Assembly (NCBI GenBank): GCA_964016885.1
Contig: OZ024750.1
Location: 41,292,001-41,356,000 of the forward strand
Direction of reading: 5' to 3'
Length of the DNA: 64,000 nt
Source: Eledone cirrhosa
Taxonomy: Eukaryota
Positions 23,453 to 37,713 of this stretch are shown in pieces. Positions within the stretch are counted from its first letter, which is position 1, and every line of letters starts with the position of its first letter. The position numbers were made by a program, and so were the translations under genes. Under the pieces are notes generated by a model. That model was given only the letters and a program-made list of their open reading frames with translations. It had not been told where the DNA came from and did not search any database.

Positions 23453-23794
23453 TATATATATATATATATATACAACCCATGCTAGCGTGGAAGATGGACG
23501 TTGAACGATGATGATGATATATATATTCATTCTCTCTCCTTCTTCTTCTTCTGTTTGTCTCTCTCTCTCTCTCTCTCTCTCCCTCTCGCTCCCTTTTTCC
23601 TTCTCTCTTGCACTATTATTGAATGTGAATAACTGAGAATGGCTGAGAGAGAAAGAAAGAGAAATGTGTATGTGTGTGTGTATGTGTATGTGTGTGTATG
23701 TATGTGTATGTGTGTGTATGTGTCTGTGTCTGTATGTGTATGTATGTGTATGTGTGTGTGTATGTGTCTGTGTGTGTATGTGTATGTGTGTGTC

Positions 23795-23829
<35 letters not shown>

Positions 23830-24206
23830 GTGTGTGTGTGTGTGTGTGTCTGTGTGCATGTGTACCTATGTGTGTGTGTGTGTGTGCATGTATTGCATAC
23901 ACACACATTCACAACAGCACACACGCACCTATAAAAATACACACACGTCACAATTTGGTGGTGGTAACACATACACACTTGCATTCACACCATATACACG
24001 TACACATACACACACATTCAAGCTGACAGGATCACAAATTCTAAGAGAATATTTATACAACCATCTATATATGTATATATATATATATATATACATATAT
24101 ATATACACACACATGTACATGCACACATAAATATATGTATATATCTATCTATATATACATGTACACATACAGACACATTCATTATCTATCTTACATACAT
24201 ACATAT

Positions 24207-24286
<80 letters not shown>

Positions 24287-24292
<6 letters not shown>

Positions 24293-24630
24293 CTCTCAAA
24301 GGAAATGACACATAACCGTAACCTCTGGCGTCATGCAGTAATACAGAGTACCCCACCTCCCATGGGTACAAGCTGAAGCATATAGACAATATGCCCCCAC
24401 ATCCTCCCACTGCTAAGTGGACGTGTAGGTGCCATGGCAAAAAAGCACCCAGCACTCACTGTAAATGAGGTTGGTGTTAGGAAGTGCATCCAGCTGTAGA
24501 AATCAAGCCACAATCAGTTCCCGTATGAGCAAGACATGGTCAGCCGACTGGACACTGCCCACAACAGGACAACCCGTCTAACCCATTCTAGCATGGAAGA
24601 ACGGACGTAAAACCGTGATGTTGATGATGA
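24287..24630 (+). mobile_element. RTE LINE 3' end
   Basis: Homologous to 8770-9150. Confidence 0.75.
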
Positions 24631-24633
24631 TAC

Positions 24634-24665
<32 letters not shown>

Positions 24666-24673
24666 CTATCTAT

Positions 24674-24982
24674 CTAAGGCGGGTAAAATTCCCGAGATCC
24701 ATGGACGAGTTCTCTCCAGCGGTCTCTGTCCCTCATTATCGCTGCCATATCCTGCATCTCCAACAGACCAGTGTCTGTCCTTAGGGCATCAACATATGTT
24801 AACCTTGGTCTTCCTCTTCTAGTGTGTCCATGTAGGGGCTCCCAAAGGAGCACTGAGTGCAATGTCAACTCTGGATGTCGGTGAGCATGTCCAGCCAACC
24901 TCAGTCTCCTCTGTGTCACTTTTGAGCTGACTTTTGGGATGCTCCCATACAGCTCTGAGTTTTTCATCCTCAGTGTATACTG

Positions 24983-24985
<3 letters not shown>
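24674..24985 (-). mobile_element. LINE 3' fragment
   Basis: NQYTLRMKNSELYGSIPKVSSKVTQRRLRLAGH...GRPRLTYVD. Confidence 0.8.
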
Positions 24986-25049
<64 letters not shown>

Positions 25050-25132
25050 TACATATATACATGTATACATATATATATCATCATCATCTTCGTTTAACGT
25101 CCATCTTCCATGCTAGCATGGGTTAGACAGGC

Positions 25133-25177
<45 letters not shown>

Positions 25178-25274
25178 GTATGTATATATATATATATATA
25201 TGTGTATGCATATATATATATATATGTATGCATATATATATATATATATATGTATGTATATATATATATATATG

Positions 25275-25309
<35 letters not shown>

Positions 25310-25312
<3 letters not shown>

Positions 25313-25485
25313 AATCGGAGGTAACCACAGTAAGTAAGGTACTCAATACATAGCAGAGTATAAATGTTTTAATATTGAAGAGCTTCTACAGGACTAGAAC
25401 TGTTTCATTCGTGAGAAATCATCAGGAAGACTGATGATTTCTCACGAATGAAACAGTTCTAGTCCTGTAGAAGCTCTTCTATATT

Positions 25486-25489
<4 letters not shown>
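25310..25489. mobile_element. Palindromic HHR insertion in (TA)n (family C)
   Basis: Arms meet at atcatcag-gaaga-CTGATGA (25431). GAAAC lies at 25450 and GTC at 25462. Confidence 0.8.
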
Positions 25490-25550
<61 letters not shown>

Positions 25551-25578
25551 GTGTGTGTGTGTGTGTATATATATATAC

Positions 25579-25634
<56 letters not shown>

Positions 25635-25756
25635 GTGTGTGTTATATATATATACGTGTATATATATATATACACGTAAAATGATGATGATGATGATGAT
25701 GTGAGTGTTCATGATGGTATACAACTGTTCTGCTTCCCATGATAATGCCATAGTTA

Positions 25757-25837
25757 TTTCTCTCTCTCTCTCTCGATCTCTCTTTCTCTTTCTCTCTCTC
25801 ACATACACTCTCTCTAATTCTTTCTCTCTCTCTCTCA

Positions 25838-25881
<44 letters not shown>

Positions 25882-26047
25882 ACCAACAGAAATAAAATCA
25901 ATAAATTTGTCCTCATTCACCAAACCTGGCATTTTTATTTACTTCTTCTTCTTATCCTACTCCTCCTACTCCCTCTTATCCCCCCTCCCCCCTCATCTTT
26001 GACAACACCTAACTTGACAGTGTTGGTATTTGGTGAGAAGAAAGAAA

Positions 26048-26115
<68 letters not shown>

Positions 26116-26485
26116 GAGAGAGAGAGAGTGGGAGAGTGGGAGTGGTGGAAAAGAAGAGGGGGAGAGAGGGAGAGAGAGAGAGTAGAGAGTGGGGGGAAAG
26201 AAGAGAGAAAGAGAGGGAGAGTGGGGGAAGAAGAGAGGGAGAGAGGGGGGAGAAAGAGAGGGAGAGAGAGGGAGAGTGGCGGAAGAAGAGAGGGAGAGAG
26301 AGAGAGGGGGAAGAAGAGAGAAAGAGAGGGAGAGTGGGGGAAGAAGAGAAGGAGAGAGAGAGAGAGAGGGGGGGTGAGAGAGAAAGAGAGGGAGAGACAG
26401 GGAGAGTGGGGGAAGGAGAGAGAGAGAGAGAGAGAGGGGGGAAGAAGAGAGAAAGAGAGGGAGAGAGAGAGGGGTAGAGAGAGAT
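25757..26485. repeat. (CT)n tract and long (GA)n/purine tract
   Basis: Low-complexity tracts at 25757-25880 and 26040-26485. Confidence 0.9.
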
Positions 26486-26789
26486 GAATGACGTGTATAA
26501 AAGGAATGAGAGAATGAGTGTTAGGGTGAGAGAATATAGGAATAAGGTAGGAAGGGATCTCCATCAGTTTCTATGATGAGTGTTCTAACAACAGGACTGT
26601 CTACATGTAAGTGGATGAGACATATGTACTCTTAATATATTTCTCAGGGAGATTCAGCATGCTATAGTGTGTGACAAGGCGGATCCTTTGAATTATAGGT
26701 ACAGTCCACCTTGTATTATAGTGTAAATGGCTGAGTATTCTACAGACACGTGTACCCTTGATATATTTCTCAGGGAGATTTAGCATGAT

Positions 26790-27010
26790 ATTGACAGGCG
26801 ATTGGACCGAGGTCAAATCGGACCGAGGAAACAATGTTTCCATTGGTCTTTCCAATTGCTAATACTCTCTATCGGTCGCAACTCCAGGTAGAAGGAGCAA
26901 CGTGAAATAAAGTGTCTTGCTCAAGGACATAACGCATCACCCGGGCTAGGAATCGAACTCACAACCTCACGATTGCAAATCCCATTCTCTAACCACTCAG
27001 CCACGTACTC
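26790..27010 (-). mobile_element. Second CORE-type SINE subfamily with a different tail
   Basis: tRNA-like head plus ccttgagcaagacactttatttca. Homologous to 51411-51620 (+). Confidence 0.75.
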
Positions 27011-27488
27011 AGCTTGATATAGTGTGTGAAAAGGCTGACCCTTTGACGGAAGACATGGAGATTGTGAGTATAGACAAACAACAAGAGAAGGGGTGGAAGG
27101 TTGATAGATCGATAGGAAAGGTGTTCTCAGGTTTCAAATAATCATCCCCCCCCCCCCCGCTTATTAATTTTTCAGACCCCTCCTGGTTTTTAAGAAGACA
27201 GCCTAGAAAAATTACTGATTTTTCAACCCCCTCACTTATTCTACCACCATCACCAACAACCCTAATTTATTCCACCACCATCACCAACAACCCCGCTTAT
27301 TCGACACACACTCACCCCGCTTATTCCAACCAACCCCTATTATTTGGGACCGGAGAGTATGAGATAAAGGTAGGTAGCGAAATGGTGATAGTACTAGACT
27401 GTTAATGCTAAAGCCATGGTAGTGATAACATGAAGTTCACTTCTGCTTATGTTCTTCTAAGGCAGCAGTGCTGGTAGACAAGATATAA

Positions 27489-27902
27489 TCTATATATCTA
27501 AAACAGAGAATGTCTGTCTGTCTGACTCCCTAAAACTCGAGAACCACCCAACCGATTGTTTTCAAACTTTACACATGTAACATGTAATACTTGTGGTCCT
27601 GTGAGTGTTTTGAGCAAAAAAAAATTTCAAATTTTCAATGCCCTAGAGACCGCATTAGGCGATTTAGCGATCTCTCTCTATAATTCTTAGTCTTTCTTTT
27701 TAGATAGATACATAGATATAACATTGCGCCCTTATAATATCTGTCTGTATGTCTGGCTGTCTGTCTGCATTACGACATTATGACGCTATATGTGTGTGTG
27801 TGTGTGTGTATATATATATAGTGTGTAATGCTTGTTGAGTGCTTTTATATCAGTTATAAATATTTACTCGTTGTTAACCCAACAATTTAAATATAACTTT
27901 CC

Positions 27903-27936
<34 letters not shown>

Positions 27937-28075
27937 GTGTACAGATATTTTCGCATACACAATAACAAAATATAAACAAACATATTTATTTCACGAGGCT
28001 CGATAAGGATAAATATATATCAAATATATAAGAACCCTAGAGCAAATCCCGAGCAACGCCAGGCCATCCTGCTAG
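27489..28075 (+). mobile_element. Non-autonomous Helitron
   Basis: A|TCtatatatctaaaac at the start and cccgagcaacgccaggccatcctgCTAG|T at the end give the canonical TC/CTAG termini in an AT target with a subterminal GC-rich hairpin remnant. Confidence 0.7.
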
Positions 28076-28154
28076 TAGTATATTAAATATCAAATGATAT
28101 ATATTATATAAAAATATAGTAAAATAAAAAATATATAATATTTATTTATATATA

Positions 28155-28381
28155 TTGACCGATGGGTGAAGAAGTGCCAGGAAATGCCAGTTGAAGGAAG
28201 ACGTGGTAGAGGTAGACCACGAAAAACATGGGCGGAGGTGGTGAGAACAGACTTCAGATTGCTGAAGCTCACAGTGGAGATGACGAAGGACCGTGACAAG
28301 TGGAGAGATGCTGAATAAGACCCGTCCCACCCTTGCAAGCAGGGAAAAGCGGACGTAAAATGATGATGATGATGATGATGA
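28155..28381 (+). mobile_element. RTE LINE 3' end
   Basis: DRWVKKCQEMPVEGRRGRGRPRKTWAEVV followed by the tail shared with the CORE-SINE. Confidence 0.8.
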
Positions 28382-28679
28382 TAGTATATATTATATTATT
28401 TATTATATATTATTTACAATTTGTGTGTAGGTAGGTCTCTCTGGAAATAGGGGTGGGGGTGCTGAGGGTATTACGTGGCTGTGACAGGGGGGTGATGACC
28501 CAAAAAGTTTGAGAACCTCTGGGTTAGAACATTGGGCTTGCAATCACGCAGTTGTGAGTTTGAATCCTGGACTGGGTGGTGCATTGTGTTCTTGATCAAG
28601 ACACTTTATTGGGGTATGGGTGGCGTATGGGGAGAGGGTGCATCTGATAATGCGGTGGGGAGGGGGTGTATCTGATAAT

Positions 28680-28862
28680 TTTTTCTACATTTGGCACAAG
28701 GCCAGCAATTACCCAGTACATTACTGGTACTTTATTTTATCGACCTGGTAAGGATGAAAGGCAAAGTTAACCTCGACGGAATTTGAACTCAGATCGTAAA
28801 GGGACATAACTATGCTGGAAAGCATGGCGTCCGACCCTCTACCGATACGGCCAATCCACCAC
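28680..28862 (-). mobile_element. Meta-domain-like SINE
   Basis: Same family as 872-1055. Confidence 0.8.
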
Positions 28863-29056
28863 CCTGTATCTGTTGTATCTGATAATGTGGGGTATGTGGT
28901 GGGGTATGACTAGCTGAAGCATGTATTATGGCAGCTATGTCATCCATAATGAGGTGCAACCAACCATGAAATAGAAGTTTTATTATCAGCTTCAGTAGAG
29001 TAAATTCTCTCATATACATTTGTAGACAACACCTGCAACTGGAACACACACTTATC

Positions 29057-29187
<131 letters not shown>

Positions 29188-29198
29188 TATATATATAT

Positions 29199-29722
29199 AA
29201 ATTATTAAAAAAATAATGAATAAACAAAGAAACAGTTCCTTATATTAAACAAAAAAAGTTCATTATTTTACGATCGTTTCTAGGACATATATGTGTTAGA
29301 ATTGGTATGCATATTCTATAGATCTATGTACAATATTATACAAACTATCAGAGGGAATATACATACCTTCACATATATATGCTGTCTTCAGAACTGAAGA
29401 CAGCATATATATGTGAAGGTATGTATATTCCCTCTGATAGTTTGTATAATATTGTACATAGATCTATAGAATATGCATACCAATTCTAACACATATATGT
29501 CCTAGAAACGATCGTAAAATAATGAACTTTTTTTGTTTAATATAAGGAACTGTTTCTTTGTTTATTCATTATTTTTTTAATAATTTATCTTGACTCTGTT
29601 TTCCGTTTATTTTTCACCGAAAGTAGTTTTTGAATGCATCTTTTCCTTTCATGATATCCGGATTACATTGAGTTCTTCATACGGATTGGACACTACCGTA
29701 AACTTTTGGTAGATTTATCTAC
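29199..29722. mobile_element. Palindromic HHR insertion in (TA)n (family E)
   Basis: About 193-bp arms 29199-29391 and 29394-29586 meet at tcttcag-aa-CTGAAGA. GAAAC-gatc-GTA lies at 29505-29516. A one-sided extension runs to about 29722. Confidence 0.85.
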
Positions 29723-29724
29723 AT

Positions 29725-29754
<30 letters not shown>

Positions 29755-29755
<1 letters not shown>

Positions 29756-30001
29756 AAAACAAATAACGAAACGAAATTAAATTTCGTTTCGTTTGTAACT
29801 CACTTTTGTATGACTGACGCTTAAACAATTAAGTTAAAAATGTACATCCACATATGTATACTGAAATACTAGTATGCATATGAATACACAGTAAAGTGAC
29901 CAGTGAAAAACTCGGTACATCTACATATGTATACGTGTGTGTATTCATATGCATACTAGTATTTCAGTATACATATGTGGATGTACATTTTTAACTTAAT
30001 T
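29755..30001. mobile_element. Short inverted insertion of family A, HHR not reached
   Basis: Starts aaaacaaataacgaaacg and ends ttaacttaatt, essentially the same outer ends as 19435-20953. Confidence 0.8.
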
Positions 30002-30037
30002 ATATATATATATATATACATATATAAATATATATAT

Positions 30038-30605
30038 ATCATCATCATCATCGTTTAACGTCCATCTTCCACGCTTGCATGGGTTTGGACGAGAGTTTTC
30101 CCACTTGAGGCAAGATTGGTCGTCTCACTCGTATAGGACTGTCTGGCAGGTTTTCTATGGCTGGATGCCCTTCCTAACACCAACCACATTTACAGTGTGG
30201 AACTGGGAGGTTTTTACCGTGTTACCTACACGGCCACATTACAGCATGGACTGTGTGTTTTTTGTCGTGACACCTACACACCCTCATTTGTTTCGGACTG
30301 GATGTTGTGGTACCAACATAACTTTACATTGGAAGGGGTGGTGTGGATGGGGTGGAGGTAGTGGGTCCGGGGTGTATTTTTGTTAGAGGTGCCTACTGAC
30401 TGTAGGTTTCGCTTTGTACTTAGGCAAGGCGGGTCTTCTGTATTACTGTGTATCGCCAAAGATCTCGGTCCAGTGACATTGTCTTGGAGAGGTGTAAGTG
30501 TGTGAGGTCGGAGTTTAGCAAGTCGTCCCAGGTTTTTCTGGGTCTGCCTACTCCATGGCTACCGTCTATTTTTATCGCGCTGCACTTTTTTATACAGCTG
30601 TCGTC
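30038..30605 (-). mobile_element. RTE LINE 3' end with 3' UTR
   Basis: DDSCIKKCSAIKIDGSHGVGRPRKTWDD...KTRLA*, then the 112-bp-unit module and (gat)n. Confidence 0.8.
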
Positions 30606-30663
30606 TATATATATAAATATATATATAATATATATATATAAATATAATATATATATAATATAT

Positions 30664-30724
<61 letters not shown>

Positions 30725-30734
30725 TATATATATG

Positions 30735-30767
<33 letters not shown>

Positions 30768-31574
30768 GTATGTCTCTCTCTCTCTCCCTCCCTCCATCTT
30801 CTTATCCCCCTCTCTCTCTCCCCTATCTCCCACTCCCCCTCTTCGTCCCCACCTCTGTCTCCCTCTCCCTCTGCCCCATCACTCCCCATTCTCTCTCTCC
30901 ATATATCCTCTAATGTTCCATGTAATAATATATTGTTCATTCTTCAAGGTCCATTGACAGACCCAGCTGGGGTGTGTAGGTAAACACACCCCACTGTATC
31001 ACTGGTACCAATATTAAACACACCCCAGTATATCACTGGTACCAATATTAAACACATCCCAGTATATCACTGGTACCAATATTAAACCTCTTTGTTATGC
31101 GGAAGCAGTGACCAGCAAACCTTGTAGAATGTTCAATCAGTCGTGTTCTTACTTTTAGTAATAATCTCCAAAGTAAGAAAACAAGAAGAGATGGCCTCTG
31201 ATCTCTTATGGGAGATCTTCTCTAGCAGAAAGCTCAGATAACCAGGTACCATACCACAAGACCCTGGAATTGACCAGGATGACCTACAGACCTTGATGGA
31301 GAACAGAGACTGTTGGTCTAAAGTAGGGCTTGCTCTCTCATCTAAGAGACCCTGGAATTGACCAGGATGACCTACAGACCTTGATGGGTATTCACCAGAC
31401 ATAATTTCAAACTACCAACAGGACTCTGTATATACAGTCTAGTGACAGTTGTTATTTATAGACATTTCGACTAGTCCACTTTTAGCTACACGGGGGTGTT
31501 CAGGGTTTTTTCCCTGCAGTACATCCATATAATAGCAGTAAATAGTTGCAATGACAACATTATTAGTAACAGCA

Positions 31575-31900
31575 AAAGGGTAGTGAATTGGCAGTAAGCG
31601 GTAGAGCGTTGGACAACATGCTTAGAAGCATAGAGTTACGGCCCTTTATATTCTGAGTTCAAATCCTACTGAGGTTAACTTTGCTTTTCATCCTTCCGGG
31701 ATTGATAAAATATAGTACCAGTTATGAACTGGGGTCTATTTGTTGGACTTTACCTCCCCCAAAACTGTTGGCCTTGTGTCTAAATCAGAAACCACACCGA
31801 GGTTAACTTTGCCTTTCATCCTTACGGGGTCGATAAAATAAAGTACCAGTAATGTACTGGGTAATTGCTGGCCTTGTGCGAAAAAGTAGAAACAATTATT
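31575..31900 (+). mobile_element. Meta-domain-like SINE plus a partial second copy
   Basis: Same family as 872-1055, plus strand. Confidence 0.7.
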
Positions 31901-32534
31901 AGTAGTAGTAATAATAATCACTACCACCACTATCACCGTCACTACCACTAATACCACTACAACCACCATCATCACTACCACCATTACCACTTCCCCCCCA
32001 CCACCACCACCACCACAACCACACCCATCCCCCCTCCACGCCACAATCACACCCATCCCTACCACCACCACTACCCCCCACCCCACAACCATCGCTATCA
32101 CTACCACCACGACCCCCCACCACAACTCCCCACCACCACCACCACCATCACAACCACAACCACCACCAACACCACCACAACCAACACCACCACCACAACC
32201 ACCACCACCACCACCACCATGTTATATCCCATCTACAACAACTGATTGATTCCTTTTGTCAATATATCCCCAATAGATATCAATACAAGCATATGATATA
32301 ATTTCTAAATATCATTGACTAAAATATATTTAGTAGCACGAGGAAGTGGCAAGCCAGGGTTTCTCTATTTCTGTATGTGTTCAATATATGTTCAATATGT
32401 GTTCAATATATAAACATATCAATTTATTGCTAATCAATAGAATATAGATATTGGCCCCAATCACCACTATCACTTCACTAACAAGGATTTCAATGTTGGG
32501 ATATAGTATACTGGGACGATTTGATAAATTCCGA

Positions 32535-33022
32535 CCTTACACACTTACACCTCTCTAAGACAATGTCACTGGTCCGAGATCTTTGGCGCTACGCAGTAAT
32601 ACAGAAAACCCGCCTTGCCTAAGTACAAAGCGAAACCTACTACAGTCAGTAGGCACCTCATAACCAAACATACACCCATCCCACTACCCCAACTCCCCCG
32701 CCCCCATCAACACCACCCCTCCCTCGGTAAATTTATATTGGTACCACAACATCTGGTCCTAAATAAATAAGGTCATGTAGGTGTCACGACAAAAAAAAAA
32801 ACACACAGTCCACGCTGTAATGTGGCCGTGTAGGTAACACGGTAAAAACCTCCCAGTCCACACTGTAAACGTGGTTGGTGTTAGGAAGGGCATCCAGCCG
32901 TAGAAAACCTGCCAGACAGTCCTATATGAGCGAGACAACCAATCTTGCCTCATGTGGGACTATTCCCATCTAAACCCATGCTAGCGTGGAAGATAGATGT
33001 TAAACGATGATGATGATGATGA
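32535..33022 (+). mobile_element. RTE LINE 3' end
   Basis: Homologous to 30038-30520. Confidence 0.75.
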
Positions 33023-33139
33023 TATATACACACACGCAAATGCATGCTCAGAGAAGAAGACAAAAATAAATAAATAAATAAATAAATAAACAGATAAAAT
33101 AAAAATGGTGTAGACATACAACAGGAGGAAACATAATAG

Positions 33140-33185
33140 CACCACTGATGATGTTGTAAATATGCAACGAAAGAACTTTGTTAGA
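33140..33185 (+). ncRNA. Degenerate hammerhead-like motif
   Basis: CTGATGA-t-gttgta-aata-tgcaac-GAAA-gaac-tt. Stem I is poor. The stem III style resembles 63169-63213. Confidence 0.4.
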
Positions 33186-33360
33186 CTATATATATGTATT
33201 TATATCTGTAGTTTTGACCATTGGTCAGTCAATGATAAACATTGAGGACCAAATGGATTAACTGTAGAGATATAAATGATACAGAAGAGAAAATTAACCA
33301 AACAGTGAGTGTGTTCTGTTATTATTTCTGGCAATATTATTACAACAATATGACCCTCCC

Positions 33361-33463
<103 letters not shown>

Positions 33464-33504
33464 CGATATTAAACAAATGGAAACTATATTTATAAAACCA
33501 TATT

Positions 33505-33570
33505 TATTTCATTATACATATTTCAGGGATACCATATTAAAAATATGGCATGCCTTCTTCAGATAAAATA
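33505..33570 (-). ncRNA. Type-I hammerhead ribozyme (family H, element about 33462-33700)
   Basis: Minus strand: tattttat-CTGAAGA-aggcatgccatatt-tt-aatatggtatccct-GAAA-tatgta-TA-atgaaata. Confidence 0.8.
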
Positions 33571-33769
33571 CAATATATAAGCAGTTTTATAAATAAATTT
33601 GACGTACCATAAAATATTGAAACTTCCATTTAAAAAAGTTGGTTCAGTTATAAAATATTTACTTGTTGTAACCTAACAATTTTAAATAAAACTTTTGCAT
33701 ATATATATATATATATATACACATATATATATATATATAAATATTATGTATCTATGTATATGTATATCA

Positions 33770-34110
33770 TCATCATCATCATTTAATTTTACGTCCGCTT
33801 TTTACCTGCTTGCAAAGGTGGGACGGGAACTGATTCTGGCTTGATTTCTACAGCTGGATGCCCTTCCTAACGCCAATCTCATTTACAGTGAGTGCTGGGT
33901 GCTTTTTTGCCGTGACACCTCCACGACCACTTTGCAGTGGAATGATATGGACTGCAGTGCCTATCATCTCATTTCTACAGCTGAGTTAACTGGAGCAATG
34001 TGAAATAAAGTGTCTTGCTCAAGGAAACAACACATCACCCGGTCTGAGAATTGAACTCACAACCTTTCGATTGCAAGCCCAATGCTCTAACCACTAAGCC
34101 ATGTGCCTCC
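33770..34110 (-). mobile_element. CORE-type SINE
   Basis: Reverse copy of 2335-2676. Confidence 0.85.
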
Positions 34111-34295
34111 ATAGTATATATATATATATATATTATGTATATGTGTATATATATATTATGTATCTATGTATATATATAGATATATATTATGTATCTATGT
34201 ATATATATCATCATCATCATCATCATCATCATTTTACGTCCGCTTTTCCCTGCTTGTATCTATGTATATATATATATATATATATTATGTATCTA

Positions 34296-34406
<111 letters not shown>

Positions 34407-34437
34407 AGATCAAAAGATGGTTAAAGGAGTTCCATGT

Positions 34438-34506
34438 ATTTTATTATGCGCATTTCAAAAACAAACATCATCATGCAATAATATTTGTGTTTTCATCAGA
34501 TAAAAC
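34438..34506 (-). ncRNA. Type-I hammerhead ribozyme in the PLE 3' UTR
   Basis: Minus strand: gttttat-CTGATGA-aaacacaaatatta..tgatgtttgttttt-GAAA-tgcgca-TA-ataaaat. Stem III is palindromic (ATGCGCAT). Confidence 0.8.
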
Positions 34507-35562
34507 AGGAGAACATGATATGAAGGCTAAAAAACACTTGTGGATAGTGCAGTTTTAAATCAACATATGAAAAGTGGTTTTAGATTGATGTGTGATATTG
34601 GGAAAAATATTTTATTTAGAGAGGGGGGGGGATGAAAAAGGGGAGGAGATGAGAGGGAGAGATGGGTGATAGAGAGAAAGAGATAGTTTTTATAACTGAG
34701 AGAAGATATATTGTTTTACATAGAGAGGTTGAAAACCGTTGGAAGATAATGTATAAATTAAAAGAATTTGAAAATTAGCGAAGGGAAAGATATGTACGAG
34801 GAAAAAATATTTTATTTATGGAGGGGGGGCTGGAAAGGATGAAAAAAGGGGGAGGAGATGAGAGTGAAGGTGGAGAGGGAGAGATGGGTGATAGAGAGAA
34901 AGAGATAGTTTTTATAACTGAGAAAAGATATATTGTTTTATATAGAGAGGTTGAGAACCGTTGGAAGATAATGTATAAATTAAAAGAATTTGAAAATTAG
35001 CGAAGGGAAAAATATTTGCGAGGAAAGAGAGGGAGTTTATGTATGAAGATAGAGAGAAAAAAAAATAATAATTGTGGATGAATATTCTAACGTGAAAAAG
35101 GTGTATGTTGATAAGTATTGTGGCAATTTCAAAATTAACGAAGAGAAAAAAAAAATTATTAAGGTTTGTGTGTAGAAGGATTTGAGAAAAATAATGTGAA
35201 GTTAAAGTTTGTATATTGAAAGAATTGATAATATGTGCGAAGAACGAGTTAATATGTATTAAGAATGAGTTCGTTGATGGGGAGAAAAAAATAATAAATT
35301 AAGGATGAAATTGAGATTAAAAAGTTTTATGATAGAGAGAAAAAATAATAATAATTGCGGATGAATATTCTAACGTCAAAAAAACAAATGTATATGTTAT
35401 GAAGGATTTTACAAGGTGAAGATAGAAAGAGGGTAATGAGTAAACAAGTATTATAGAGTGTATAATGCCCTTTAAAGTAAGGTAGGAAGATGGGTATATT
35501 TTAAAGAGGTGTATGTATATGTGCCTTTGAGAAAAGATTCTAAATTGATAAAGAATTGAATA

Positions 35563-36942
35563 TTAACTGTATACTTTGTGAAAAGTCCTATGGAATGTAT
35601 GCAGGCAGATAGAAAACAAATCTGTACGTCTATTTATTATAGAATCTAGATTAGAGATAATGGTAAATTTTTCATTTAGGCAGAGATTACAGATTTTAGA
35701 TAGAGAGCTGTTCAAGTATGAGGATGCAGAAGAAACCTTCTTCCAAAAGATGGTATATTTAATGGTTTTGTCTTTCAAGGACCATATGAGTTCTGAGAGA
35801 GCCGTGTTGGTTCTTTTAAGTTTGTATTTGAAAGATGAATGGTGATTATAGAGACGAGCTTTAAAAGAGGTGGAAGTGGAGCCAAAATAGGTGAAGGAAT
35901 TGGTGCTAGTTATAACTTTACATTCATAAATTAAGTTTTTATCAAGACAATGGTTGTTGAGAGGACATTTATTTTTAATGCGGCAGTTGCAATTAGATAG
36001 ATTATTAATGAGTGATCTAGTGTTATCTATAGAAGGAATTGGATTGGAGAAGTTGTTTGCGATAGGAATAATAGGAATAATAGTTTCTTGATTTAGAGTT
36101 GGATTATGAACATTTAGCGAAGTTGTGTTTGACGTTGTATTTGGGTTTACAGAAGTTAGCCTAGGGTTTACAATGACGTCGCGAGTACTATTACTGTTAT
36201 TATGAAATTCAATGTTGGAAGGAAGAGATTTAGTATTTAGTATTTTATTGTTTTGTTTAGAGATGATGTTGGAAATATTGGAGGATGTAGAATAAGAAAA
36301 TTTGATGGTGTGTTTGTTAAATATTTTACTATAGATATGTGAGGGAGGGAAGCATTTATTTAAGGCACTAAAAAATAATTTAGGAATATTGTTATTAATA
36401 GAGATGGAGAAAGGAGCATTATACCAGATTATGTTTTTGTATCTAGGTCTTTTATTAAAATTATTGGAATGATCATGATTAATTATTCTACTGTAAGTTT
36501 TTCTAGAATTTGTTTCTTTACTATATTTGATTTTATCTGGATAGCCGGCTTTAGAAAGTGCGTTATTATAGTAATTGGCGTTAGCATCAAAGATGTTTTT
36601 ATTAGAAGATATGTTAGATATTCTTTTTCCAATATTACTAACTATAGCATTCTTGATATTGGTAGGATGGTTAGATTTAAAGTTAACATAATTTAGGTTC
36701 TCATTGTTTTTATGGTAAGGGTAATATAGGCCAGTGTCAAGATTAAGAAATACATCCAAGAAATTAGCTAGTTTGATACTATTATCAAATTCAATTTTTA
36801 GGTTATGTTGGTTAAAGAGATTACGTATATTGTTCTTAATAATATTAAGGTTAACTATATTGCAATTTAAGATAGTAAAGAGTCCATCGTCACGATAAAT
36901 TCCACCGCGAAGTTGAGGAATTTTCCGACTCAAAGAGTTCAA
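35563..36942 (-). pseudogene. Penelope-like RT (C-terminal part) and GIY-YIG endonuclease; open for 459 codons but 5'-truncated
   Basis: GIYRDDGL (RT motif C), NFLDVFLNL, SNHP, CNCRIKNKCPLNNHCL, LIYECKV..TYFGST..FKARLYNHHSSF, CNLCLNEK. Confidence 0.9.
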
Positions 36943-37041
36943 AATCTTATATTATGTATACTCCAGTCCTACAAACTGTAGAGTGCTTCTTATCCAATAT
37001 CTGCATTGCTTTATTGTACTACAATAAAACTCACCTCCTAC

Positions 37042-37091
<50 letters not shown>

Positions 37092-37096
37092 GTATC

Positions 37097-37143
<47 letters not shown>

Positions 37144-37144
37144 G

Positions 37145-37237
<93 letters not shown>

Positions 37238-37289
37238 ATATATATATACATGTATATATATATATACATGTATATATATATATATATAT

Positions 37290-37336
<47 letters not shown>

Positions 37337-37343
37337 TATATAT

Positions 37344-37530
37344 AATATAGATGAGATTCTACAGGACTAGAACTGTTTCATTCTTTAGAAATCATCAGGA
37401 TTCCTGATGATTTCTAAAGAATGAAACAGTTCTAGTCCTGTAGAATCTCATCTATATTAAAACTTTTATACTCTGCAATGTATTGAGTACCTTACTTACT
37501 GTGGTTACCTCCGATTCAACCCGGAATAAC

Positions 37531-37531
<1 letters not shown>
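37344..37531. mobile_element. Palindromic HHR insertion (family C), second copy
   Basis: Arms meet at atcatcag-gattc-CTGATGA (37404). Confidence 0.8.
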
Positions 37532-37579
<48 letters not shown>

Positions 37580-37582
37580 TAT

Positions 37583-37632
<50 letters not shown>

Positions 37633-37648
37633 ATATATATATATATAT

Positions 37649-37713
<65 letters not shown>

